This document shows, piece by piece, positions 24,901 through 36,500 of a DNA stretch of 64,000 nucleotides; position 1 is the first letter of the stretch, and every line of letters begins with the position of its first letter. Both the position numbers and the translations under genes were made by a program. The notes below the pieces were generated by a model. That model was not told the DNA's origin. It worked only from the letters and a program-made list of their open reading frames with translations, and ran no database searches. The DNA comes from Sphaerodactylus townsendi (lineage: Eukaryota), in the NCBI RefSeq assembly GCF_021028975.2, contig NC_059427.1:72106001-72170000 (forward strand), in the 5' to 3' direction.

Positions 24901-27900
24901 TTTTTATTCCAAGCTGTGTTTTATTTATTTTTATTTGAAATATTTCTGTGATTTCTTTCCTTGTCAAGGAGTCAAACGTTAAAACATTTCAACATTAAAT
25001 CATGTAAGCAATTCAGTAGAACATAAACATGCAACACAATCACAGAGGAGGGCCAATAACAGTTAGGAGGTGAATGCCAAACAAAGTCTTTACCTGCTGG
25101 TGGAAGACAACAGTAGAGGGAGGCAGATTAATCTTCCTCGGTAGGGAGTTCTGAAGTTTTTAGACCATGCCCGAGAAGCCAGAACAGGGCCAAACAAAAT
25201 CAGCAGCACCCCTGTTTTGTTGGGATTAAATTTCAGTTTAACTGTCTTCCTCCCAAATTGCTTCCAGGCACCTATTTACCTTTTCCACAGCTTTCCTGAA
25301 ATCTGTTAGTGTAAGATACAGCTGAGTTTCATCTGCATAAGGGTAGCGCCAGTCCAGATCATTGTATGTCCTCTCTCAGCAACTTTACAGAGATGTTAAA
25401 AAGCATGGGGGACAAGATGGAACTTTGCTGGACCCCGTAGTCCAAAGCCATGGGCTGAGCAGTAGATCCCCAGCACCTCATTCTGAAACCTAGCTTTGGA
25501 GCAGGGCTGAAACCATTGCAGGGCAGTGTATTGCAGTCTTAGTCCCAAGAGGCAGTCCAGAAGAATACTACTATTCCTGGTCAGAAGTCACCAAGAGGTC
25601 CAGGAGAACAGGTTTGCATTCCTCCATCCGTTATTCAGAAGAGCCCTGGGCAGGGGAATAGAATCCTGGTGAGCTACAGCAATACCACCTCCCTGCCTAT
25701 TAGGCCAATGCTGGTACATCACTGAGTATGCTGGGGAGTATCACTGGGAGTAATTAGCCCCTCTCCCCCTCCCTTAGCCAGGCCTCAGTGCTACACACCA
25801 AATCAGCCCCCTCATCCAGAATTAAATTCTATATCGCTGTTGTTTCACCTGTAACTGACCTAGCATTTAAAAGCAAATATAGCCCACTAGGATGTTGATA
25901 TGGACACCAGCATCACCCAGGCTGGAAGAAGTGTTAGAAGGGGCAACAGCCCACAGATATCCACAGTCCCTTCCCCTTACCTGTCCACTTATTCTCCCTC
26001 CACTATATCTTCTCCTACTGCATGCACTATTGACACTGGTATTAACTCTTACTCCATTCTGCTCCCCAAACATATCCTCAGTTGGCAGATGACATAAAAC
26101 CAGCTACACATGAACAATACTATTCAATTGCTAGTTCTCTTCTGTTTCTGAACATGACGTAAGTGCTGTTATGGGGGGCATTTAACAAAGGTGATGTTGC
26201 ACTTGTATGGACAGTGAACATCAAAGTTGCTGACCAGGGACTTGTTTGCTTACAGGTTGCTGACAACTTATTGTTTGCTTACAGGTTGGGATTTTGAAAA
26301 AAACAGCCTCCTTTTCTGACATAGAGATTGTCAGAGCACTTGATCAAGACTTCGGCCACAGACATCTAATTGGAGATTTCTCAAATGTAGGTTTCTTAGC
26401 TTCTGAGCGGTTTCTCAGCCTTGAGAAGAAAATTCTGACTTTTCTGGGGCAAAAGGGCCTGGCATCATCATCATCACCGCTTTCTCTTCTACTTCTTCGC
26501 TAAACGCTATTGCCACTAAATGATTGACAACATGTAAAAACCCAACTCTCACCGTGAATTCTTTTTTTTAAAACCCAACGTATTAGGGAATTGTAGGAGT
26601 CCGCCTTGCCTTCCTTACATATATATATATATATATATGGTTTACATATATATATAATGTTTATTCTCTGTATAAACATCTCTATTGCCTTTGGGAGAGA
26701 TGGACCTCAAGGCATGGAGAAATTTTGCAAAGAGGATAAAACGTATCATGTAGTATGACCTAATCCTTTAACCTATGGTAAAACAACTGTATAAGTAGAT
26801 TCCAGCTGATCCACTCTGCCAAGTGATTTAACATGAGGAGGTCCCACCTGGGTGGCAACCCAAATGGGTTATTGCATGTGTCAACAAATCTGTTATCTAA
26901 TGCCACTATTTTGGGGGAGGGGCAATGGCTCCACTGTGCTGTGTAACATTCTTTGAATAGTTACATATATTTTGCTTAAGCATCCACAGTTCTGACATTC
27001 AGGTTTTTGGCATGCTGAGTCATCAGATCTGCAACTTAAAGGGTTGTTTACATTTCTTAGACAAAATATTAAATCTGTGTGTGCTGCCTTACAGCAGTTC
27101 TCCATGTTAAAACTATGGAGAAGCTGCTACACTGATTCATGGGCAATGGCAATAATAGTTGGCACAACCTGCAGTGTCATTCAGAATCCAGCAGACTTAA
27201 ATTTTGACTGGCCATCATTTTGCAGAGGAGCTTTAAAAATGTTTTGAAAGCACAGAAAACCTACAGTGTAGCTATGCTTTTTGTACTTCTACAGAACTCT
27301 CAGTTCTGTTTCTTATCTTTTGAAATGCTTCTGTTGCTTTTTAACTTTTTACTCCATTCTTCCTCTGCTGCATCATTTTAGGACCATAAAATGTTTTTAT
27401 AAAGATTTTTTTAAAATCCTAATTCCAAAAAAGAGGGCTTTGGTCTCAGAAAATCAACCAGATAATGAACCTGGGCAACAAACTCAGGCCTATCTTAAAA
27501 TATCAATAGTGGTGTTTGGTGTTGCTTTAACCAATGCATTCCTTGCATCAGAAATAACCAAAACAACAGCACTGTTATGGACCAAAGCCTGAAAAATGCT
27601 GGGTGAGCCATTAATCCCAGACTGAGATAAATAACATTAATTTAGCCACAAATGAGAACTGTACTATCAATTGTTCTGTGCAATGGCTGTAGGATCATTA
27701 TGTTCTACGATGCTTCTCCAAACCCTTGTGATAACTGTGCCAGGGAGAGAAACATTTTTCTGTGGCATGCCTCTGAAGATGCAGATTTGTAGCAAAATGC
27801 AAAGTGATGCACATAGGGGCAAAAAATCCAAACTTCACATACACGCTACAGGGGTCAGTGCTATCAGTCACAGACCAGGAAAGGGATTTGGGCGTCTTAG

Positions 27901-30900
27901 TTGATAGTTCCATGGGAATGTCAACTCAATGTATGGCAGCTGTGAAAAAGGCAAACTCTATGCTGGGGATAATTAGGAAAGGAATTGAGAATAAAACTGC
28001 AAAGATTGTCATGCCCTTATATAAAGCTGTGGATGCGACCAAGCTTGCTTAGAGTACTGTGTTCAGTTCTGGTCGCCACATCCTCAAAAAAAGATATTGA
28101 AGAGATAGAAAAAGTGCAGAGAGAGGGACAACGAGGATGATTGAGGGACTGGAGCACCTTCCTTATGAGGAAAGGCTGCAGCGTTTGGGACTCTTTAGTT
28201 TGGAGAGGAGACGTCTGAGGGGGGATATGATTGAAGTCTATAAAATTATGCATGGGGTAGAAAATGTTGACAGAGAAATTTTTCTCTCTTTCTCACAATA
28301 CTAGAACCAGGGGGCATTCATTGCAGAAAATGCTGGGGGAAGAATTAGGAGACTAATAAAAGGAAACACTTCTTCAATGCAACGTGTGATTGGTGTTTGG
28401 AATATGCTGCCACAGGAGGTGGTGATGGCCACTAACCTGGATAGCTTTAAAAGGGGCTTGGACAGATTTATGGAGGAGAAGTCGATTTATGGCTACCAAT
28501 CTTGATCCTCTTTGATCTGAGATTGCAAATGCCTTAACAGTCCAGGTGCTTGGGAGCAACAGCCACAGAAGGCCATTGCTTTCACATCCTACATGTGAAC
28601 TCCCAAAGGCACCTGGTGGGCCACTGCGAGTAGCAGAGAGCTGGACTAGATGGACTCTGGTCTGATCCAGCTGGCTTGTTCTTATGTTCTTATGTTCTTA
28701 TGCCAGTCACAGATGCAGGTGAGATGTTAGGAGCAAAAATTACTAAATTGCCATCACACAGCCTGTAAAAACCACAACAGTCACATAATTGCCTTTTTCC
28801 TGGCTTACCTACCTTTTTCTGGTCCTGACTGTTTGAACAAAACATAAGCTTTCCCCCAGTTTTCATAACTCTGGTTATTCAGACCCAACAATTTTAACTT
28901 GGACTTTAATACTGTGCCTTGCAACATTGTAGAACATGCAGTCAAGCATAAGTATTCAGCAGCAGTTGTGGTGCTTTTCAAAGCTTGAGTATTGTGTATG
29001 AAAAGGGAGTCTAGGTATGTTCAGTGCAGCTTCAATTTCTGCATATTTGCTTGGATGGAAATACAGCCTGTTGAATTCAGTGGTGCCAGAGTTCCAACTA
29101 AGGATCACAACTTGGTGCTAGAATTTAGCTAGTGGGCCCTCTGTTGCTCTCCAGAGAAAAGAAATAAAAGGTGGTGTATGATATCTCTCTCTAGGTGTTT
29201 GCACTGCCAACAGTAATGGGAAGACATCAGGACCTGAGATACATCACGTCTCAGACTGTGAGCGATGCCCCTGTTGTTCCATGTGTGTCCTTGACTTTGT
29301 ATGTTTGCTCTATCTTTCACACATGCATCACACTGGCTGCCCAATTGCTCCTGTAGAAGTCCCATTCTAAAGCTGAGGTTACCTTGCTGAGCAGGATAGC
29401 TGTAGTTCTCTACCCAAAGTAGGTTTGCCCCATCTTCAATATTTTTTGCACATGACTATACATTCCTGGCTGTGACCATAATTTGGTCATAGTAGGGGCT
29501 GTTCTCTATATCACTGGTTTGCCACATTCTGGGGCAGCTTTTCGCACCTGAACTGGAGTGTTCTGCTCTGCTTGTAGATGGCTGCTTTGCTCCAGAATCA
29601 GTTCCAGAGCCTTATAGAGAAATTCTGCATCATTGACTGCCGCTACCCCTATGAGTATCATGGAGGGCACATCAAGGTGAATAATTCATTTGTTGGTTAA
29701 GTCTTAAGAGAAGGAGTGGATTGTTCTCTGCACCTATCACTCATAATTTATCTACTCTGTTGCAGGGAGCTTTGAATATCCACAGGCAAGATGATCTCTT
29801 TGAGCGTTTTCTAAGGAAGCCTTTTCTTCCATCAGCACCACAGAAGCATCTTATACTTGTGTTCCATTGTGAATTCTCCTCTGAGAGAGGCCCCAAGATG
29901 TGAGTGTGGGTCTTAGTATATCCAGAGGAGCTATTTTGAGGGGAAGAAAAATAAAATCGGAGCCTTCTTGATGGAATATATTCCTCTTTCCTTTCTTCTT
30001 TGTGTGCTTCCTGTTGGTGGAAGGTGTCGTTATTTGAGAGAAGAAGACCGAGCCATGAATGAGTATCCGACCCTGCACTACCCTGAACTGTATGTCCTTC
30101 AGGGTGGTTACAAAGACTTTTTTCAAGAGTACAAGGTAATAGCAAGTGTAAAGGTTTCTGTTGCATCATTCTTTGTGTGCTTCTAAAAAATGGAAATCTA
30201 GGCCCATTATGCCCAAGGTGTTTGTTGCATGGTGGAGGCAAATGTCCACCGTGGCAAGATTTCTTGTACAGATGTATTTCCTCTTACCCTGCTTTCCCTT
30301 TCCACTCTCTCTGAGGCAAGCAAATCCACTTACAGCACAATTTTAATTTTGCTTTGCTGCCAGAGTCAGACAGATTTGCCAGTGGGATCAGCTTTGCCCA
30401 AGACCTTTTCCCTCCACCTGCTGCAGCCTGCCTAATCTTACCCCCCACTCCCTCAAGCTGCTTTGCATGCTTCCCCCTTGCTCTCTTCCTTGTCGCCAAC
30501 TACTTCCCACTTCTTGTCTTGCCATATCGTTTCTATTGTCCCTGGCCTCCTGCATATCTTTAGATCTTTAGATTTAAACAAAATTAAATAACCATATCAA
30601 TAGATCGATAAATCGATACTAACAGTAAAAAATGTAAAAATAATAAGACTAGTCAATCTCAAGCCTTGTAGTTTTACATACTATCAGTGATTTCAGATCA
30701 CATTGGGATGAACCTGTCAATCTTGACACTTGGGTTTACAGCACACCAGGAGATGGAACAATTGTCAACCTGGGGAGCTTAGCAAACAGCAGTTCATGCA
30801 GTCATTTTGTCTTTTTGCAGTTTGCACGTCGCCATTACTTCCCCCTCACTTTTCACCATAAAAGACAATTAGAGTTTGGGCAAAGCGTACAGATGCCATA

Positions 30901-31695
30901 TTCAAGACTTTTCTTTAATTGTTTGCCTTTTTTATGTTGATATATCTATCTATTGATAGATCGCTATATCAATATATTGATAAGAGTAAAGATAAAAGTT
31001 AAAGATTATATTAAAAATTTAAACACGCATGTTCAGTAGAGAACCTGCGAAACATCGCCCCACCTTGGTCGTAAGCAAAAAGCCAGCTGATGAGTAATGC
31101 CTGTCCTGCTGTGGGAAATAGTGCCAAACATGCCCCGAAACAAAGACTTCCCAACCAAGTCTCTTTGAAGTTGCGGGAACCTCACCATGCGTAATCAGCC
31201 GACATATTGCTGTTGTCATTTAAGCTCTAAAGCTTCCAGGTCTCATGTCTTTTCTATGGACAGATGATTAAACTGTGCTTTGCTTGGTAGATGGAGATTG
31301 GCCCAGGGATCCTAAAGTTTTTTGCCTTCCTCTGTAGGTAGAACAGGGTTCACTGCTGGAGTGGGGAGGGCTGTGTATTTCCTGCATTATGTAGGGTGGT
31401 TGAAATAGATGGAGTCCCTTCCAACTCTGTTTCTAGCAAATAGATAAATTTTCACCTCATATTTTATTTATTTTTGGTTGTTGGGTTTTTATATCCTGCA
31501 CAGCTTCATCATCACTGACTGTGTTCCGACATTAACTCTGTCCTTTTTTCTTAGGAGCTGTGTGAGCCTCAGAGCTACTGCCCCATGCACCATCAGGACT
31601 TCAAGGAAGAGATGCTCAGGTTCCGGGTCAGAAGCAAGACGTGGGCAGGAGAACGGAAGAGAAGGGATCAAATTGCTCATATCATGAAGCTGTGA
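15994..31695 (+). CDS. CDC25C: M-phase inducer phosphatase 3 (Cdc25C), complete multi-exon gene
   Basis: Exons: 15994-16181 (MSTNFSP...), 17368-17465 ([13 protein letters not shown]), probable 19772-19805 and 20905-20941, 21092-21181 (KEN box), 21424-21525, 22609-22740, 23924-24004 ([12 protein letters not shown]), 24669-24821 (RSPSLP 14-3-3 site), 26285-26386 (LIGDFS), 29195-29257, 29578-29676 ([16 protein letters not shown]), 29766-29899 (catalytic HCEFSSER), 30024-30135, 31555-31695 (stop TGA). All have GT-AG boundaries and compatible phases. Confidence 0.96.
22175..22429 (-). mobile_element. Penelope-like element terminal fragment with internal tandem repeats and an inverted copy
   Basis: Same terminal sequence as the GIY-YIG-bearing copy at ~45045-45563, on the opposite strand; flanked by the 14-bp direct repeat TAAAGAGCTATTGT (22161-22174, 22430-22443). 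Confidence 0.8.
22257..22299 (-). ncRNA. Minimal type I hammerhead ribozyme motif (Penelope-associated)
   Basis: Minus strand UCCU-CUGAAGA-UGCC(agccacagaugca)GGC-GAAA-CG-UC-AGGA: stem I UCCU/AGGA, intact CUGANGA and GAAA cores, stem II GCC/GGC, palindromic ACGU in place of stem III, GUC cleavage triplet. Confidence 0.75.
23019..23312 (+). mobile_element. tRNA-derived SINE (Squam3-like)
   Basis: Pol III A box TGGCGTAGTGG, B box GTTTGATTCCC, core CAGCTGGGTGACCTTGGGCTAGTCACA, (TAT)n tail. Confidence 0.8.
25030..25620 (-). mobile_element. Degraded L2 LINE fragment
   Basis: Minus-strand [10 protein letters not shown] and YADE remnants of the GVPQGSILSP and YADD motifs. Confidence 0.55.
26619..26656. 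repeat. (TA)n microsatellite
   Basis: Two adjacent TA runs. Confidence 0.85.
27781..28702 (+). mobile_element. 5'-truncated CR1 LINE in a CDC25C intron
   Basis: CR1 ORF2 C-terminal peptides ([26 protein letters not shown]; RTRGH..K) and a terminal (TTCTTATG)n octamer repeat. Confidence 0.9.
30200..30490 (+). repeat. Interspersed repeat, with a second diverged copy at ~59137-59430
   Basis: Both copies start GGCCCATTATGCCCAAG and align through CAGATTTGCCAGTGGG to GCTTCCCCCTTG. Confidence 0.7.
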
Positions 31696-32052
31696 GGAAT
31701 TATAGGCACTAAACAAGAGGGATTCCCCTGTAAATGGAAAGCCTTAGTTCACTGTAACTTATGATTCTTCACAGAGGACCAAGTGAATCTGGCCATTGTG
31801 ACAATGTGGAGAGCTCAGAAATGGGGTACATTAATTCCACAAGCTTCGTCTGGGTAACACTGTGCCTGAATGCAAAGTATCATAGCAAAAGAGATCCAAT
31901 AGAACTGGTAATGCTGGGGGGGGGGGAGCGCGGGGGGGAGTGTTTGGTTCCCAGGGATGACCGACATTCAGACTGTTTCCTGAGATGCTGACAAAAGTAG
32001 CTGGCTACAATGTTGTGTAGCCCAGGTTCAAAGCCCAGCTGCTGAAGGGGCA

Positions 32053-32114
32053 ATTTATTTAATGTTGTGTTAAGTAAAAAAACCCGAGTGCCATGTATTT
32101 AATGAAATAATAAA
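32053..32114 (+). terminator. CDC25C 3' UTR AU-rich element and AATAAA poly(A) signal
   Basis: ATTTATTTA at 32053-32061 and AATAAA at 32109-32114, ~410 nt after the stop. Confidence 0.6.
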
Positions 32115-33374
32115 CTGTTCCAGAAGATCCTAGTGTTTCACTGCTGACCATTTCTGTACTTCCAATCCACACTGCTATGTTTTGAGCAACCTGTCTCTTT
32201 TGCTATATATATTACTGTTAGAACTATGCTGGTCCCAAAAAGCCCAAAATATCTATTTACGTGATGCATACATTTTTGATTAGCCTGCTTTAGAAACCTT
32301 TATCAAGCCTAGAAAGAATGCAGATCATCTTCGTTCATTTTTTCCTTACTTGTATAATCAGAGATGTATTTGGATTTCATTTTGATATCCTCCCCTATGT
32401 CACTGTGTAGACATTTTTATAACACTTTCACTACAATCTAGGCAACCTCCTGAGCCATATATTATCAGAACACTTATTCTTATGTTTTGTACACCTCTAG
32501 GCAGTAGAGTTAAAGTAAGTAGATGATTGGCTGTTTTGGTGTTCCACATTGTGTGACCATGGTCTGGCAGTTTTTGCTCCTAATCTATGGCAGGTGAAAC
32601 ATTAGGAACAAAAATGACCACAGCTCAGAAAACCCACAACAGCCAGTTGATTCCAGCTGTGAAAGCCTTCAAAAGTTTGAAGCAGCGGATTCATTTAGAA
32701 TGGTAAACTTTATCTTGAGTTAGGCCCTTTCAGATGTTCAGCTTTTATACTGACTTCAGCCCTCAATACTTAATGCTAGAATCTAGTGTTAGATATGTTG
32801 GTGCAATTCAAAATTGCATGATAATATATTGCTGTATAAAATGGTATCCATTCTCCCAAGCTGTATCTGAGAGCAGTCTGATGCCACTTGACCTTCTGTC
32901 ATAAAGCAAGAGCCCTTAAAAGAATTGTAAACATGACCCTGTTAGTTGCCAGTTTCTTCTGTCGCTGCAGCCCAGGCCCAGTACTGAGCATCTCTTAAAA
33001 TTTACGTATATGTAGTTCACTGGCATGAGCCTTGTGATATGTTGACAGTTGGTTCACAGTTGACCACTAGGAGATGTTGAAACTGTCAATTAGGGTCCAG
33101 ACGGACAATTATGCCTGTGATCTTGTGAAGAAAATCCCGCAGAAAGCTGTTGGCACTGCCTCTGGCTGTTCCATATAATAAAGCTTACTACCACAATGGG
33201 GTATAATTAATGATTTAATTTTATTAAATCAGGCAGCATCTCTGCCTGCCTCAAAGGAGCTGCGCCGATCATACAAATGTCACAGTTCTTATAGGGTAGA
33301 AACAGCTGATGCACCATAAATGTTGCAAAGCCAAACCCTGTCAATACATGACGTTTCAATTTTCTCATCATTGT

Positions 33375-33580
33375 TAATTCCCCCCTCACAACAAACACCC
33401 TGTGAGGTGGGTGGGGCTGAGAGAGCTCCGAGAAGCTGTGACTAGCCCAAGGTCACCCAGCCTTTGGCGTGGGTGTAGTCCATGGGTTTGGAGAGAAGCA
33501 TCCACAGCTCAGGGGGCGGAGGCGGGAATCGAGAGCTGGGATTCCTCAAGATTAGATACATGAGGCTGTAGCGCCACTGT
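33375..33580 (-). mobile_element. tRNA-derived SINE, same family as 23019-23312
   Basis: Reverse complement of the same core (TGTGACTAGCCCAAGGTCACCCAG). Confidence 0.7.
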
Positions 33581-36500
33581 ATGTTTAGAAAGCAAAGTGG
33601 CACTGTGGTTGTGTGCTAAAAATGCCTTCAAAGAGAGCAGCTGAAATGGCGTATAAGAATTGGCTTTAGCTGAAATGTTTAAATGCTTTATTTCTATTTT
33701 CTAATTTCTAGGTTTGCTTTTAGATATGCTTTATTTGAAGATATTATTTTCATGAGATTTGACTTGCATACAAGCATAAGTTAGCTGAGTATTGCAGCTA
33801 GTGCAACAAGTATCATTTTCTGGAATGCAGGAACTGAATGCTTTCTCTTAACAAAGACACTTTTTAATGATTCTGTGCAATGATTTTAAACTGTATTTTA
33901 CCAAAATCTTTTTCAGAGAGCTTACTTAAGGCCTATATGATTTTATCTTAATTAGAAAACCTTAAATAATTCTATTGCTTATTATAAATCCTTAAAGCTG
34001 TGCTACCAAAGCTGGCGTAGGGTCTGTGCCACATCTGGTAGTTTGTCACTGCTTGAGTTCTACTGTTGTCTAGACTAATTGTTTTAAGCGTGTTCTTTGA
34101 ATGACTGGGGCTGAATACGTGCACCATGTTGAAGGACATGAAACTCATAGTGTTTAACTGTCACCCTTAGAATGTTCGTGCAGATGGCCAGAGTTGAACA
34201 GTGAATATCTAATAAGCCGAGTGGAAGTGAATATTTTGGAAAATCCTTTCTTAGCGAGCACCTAAAGCACATAACGAACCGGTGTGCCAAATTTCAACTT
34301 TGTAGTTTCTGTGGGTTTTGAGTTCTTTTGATGAGTCAGTAAGTGGTATTTCGTGTTTATATATAGAGATGGAGGGAAAATCTTCAGGCCTGCAGTTCTG
34401 GGAGGAGAGCGAATAGTATAAAGGAGACACAAAGGAAAATCTAATATGAGAACTTGTCTGAAGACACCTTTAGAGTGGGATACACAGTTAACTTATTGAT
34501 GGCAGTTGCCTTCCCAGTATATATTTATGTGATGTTTATTATGTTCTTTGGTCCACCTTCCTTCCAAAGAACTCAGAGCAGCATCCCGTTGGTCCTCTTA
34601 ACACCTTTTTGAGGTAGGCTAGGCCGAGACAGTGTGACTGTGCCAAGGTTACCCCATGAATTTCCTTGGTCAAAGCCAGTATTCCATGTTGCTAAGCTAT
34701 ACTGCTGTCTCTCTCTATCCTGCAAGGGCAGAATTATGCAAGTGAGAAATGGCGTGGGGTGGGGCTTCGTTCTTTAGTTTCAGTAGAGCTATTTCACCAC
34801 AACGCTCTACAAACGGAATGTGAGGCATGATAATATTTAGTTGGAAAACTTCTTATCTGCTACCAGGGAGGAAAAAGCTCCAGGTTAATGTTTGAAGGGA
34901 GGATGATCACATAACAGCAGAGTGGCAGCTGCTTCTTTATAGTGAACTGAAAAGGTGGGTGACAAAATAAGTTGCCCAGTGAATTGCCAGACTTTGCTGG
35001 CGGTTTGAGTGAAAGAGGTGTTTCTGAAGGGGGGGAAACATGAGCTGTTAAGAGAAATGCCACTAGATGGCACAATGAGAATGCCTAAGTCAAAGTCCAT
35101 GAAAGAAGAAAGCAGTTGTGGGAAGAATGAGGTGATGACAACAGAAACACATGGCCCAGGTAATGCATGCAGGGATGTGTGGGATTTAATCACTTCTTTA
35201 ATGCCACTGTGTCTGCTACAGCAGGCAATTCAATTTAAGTTTAGATTTCTTAAGGCAATCACATTAAAGGATAAGATGATCAGATTGAGCCATTTAAATA
35301 CATTGCATCAGGCAGCAAAATCTCTGTCCATCACTACTTGGTCCCAGCAGCCTCACAATCCTTAAACTGGGGGATCTAGAACATGGCAGACATTCACCTG
35401 TCACTTAATTGCCTGATGTGCCAGTTGCCATGCAATTGCTTCAAGCAAAGCAGAGTGAATAACAAACACAAAAATTACATCAGTCAGATGGCACCACAGA
35501 TATCAATTAAATTCTGTCGGTCTCCAATTGTGCATTCATGAGAGCTTAAAGAATTTATGGGGAAGCTGTTAGGAAGGGGCTCAGATGGTCACATAATCAC
35601 TGGAACATTTTTTACAGATATAAAAACTTCTCGAATATCTTGGAGTGCCTCTTCTGGAATACGAATCACAAATACTAACAAAGGGGAGAGCAGTGTCTTA
35701 AAAAACAAAGAGTAGATCAGCATTGTCCAAGGATAGTCTAAATAAAGGAAATGCAGCTACAAAACGGGTTTCTTCACACCCATTGATACCCTATTTCAGC
35801 ATCTAATGCTGTGGCAAACTGGGAGACTGAAGTCAGGAGCTGGTTGTTCTTTTGCTGCTATGGGAGAGTACATTTTGCATATCACTAGCATCTGGAATAA
35901 TTTATATTGCAATGGGGAGAGCAGGAGCTGGCCTGCAGGGAGCTGGCCTGTTCCCAAAGCTCCCTATAAGAATTCACTGGACAGTATGAGCCACCTGTAT
36001 TTTTAGTATGGCTCACCTAATTGAGTTATTATGGCTATTTTTGTTATTCTTTAATCCACCTTTTCCTGTTTGTTTAAATACCACCCTTGGAATGGTCACA
36101 CTGATTTCAACCCTGCTTACAGCGTAACAATTTGAATTACAATCTTTGAATGGAGTCCTCCTCTCCCCCCATAGTTTGCTTCTGTATCAATCACTATATG
36201 TTTTGGTAACAGGGTATCTGAAAGATTGTCTTTTCCTATGTTCCTCCTCAGGAATTCAGATCACAGAGAGAGGTCCTCCTGACAGTGGCGTCCTAAATGG
36301 CGCCTAAATGGGGCTCCTGACAGTGGCGCCTAAATGGCGCCCGGGGGGCCTGACAAGGGGACATCTCCTTGCCCCCCCTGCCTCCGTCTGGCTCCCCGTG
36401 CCCCACTTACAGGAGTCAGCAGGGAGGCTGGGAGAGGGAGGGGCTCAGGTGGCTTGGACGGGCGCAATGGAGCCCCGCCCCCTGGCCTCCCTGCAGGCCA

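Noticed and set aside
35009-35365. 118-aa intergenic ORF between CDC25C and the L1
   Set aside because: No domain, splice context or promoter support; conservation cannot be assessed here.
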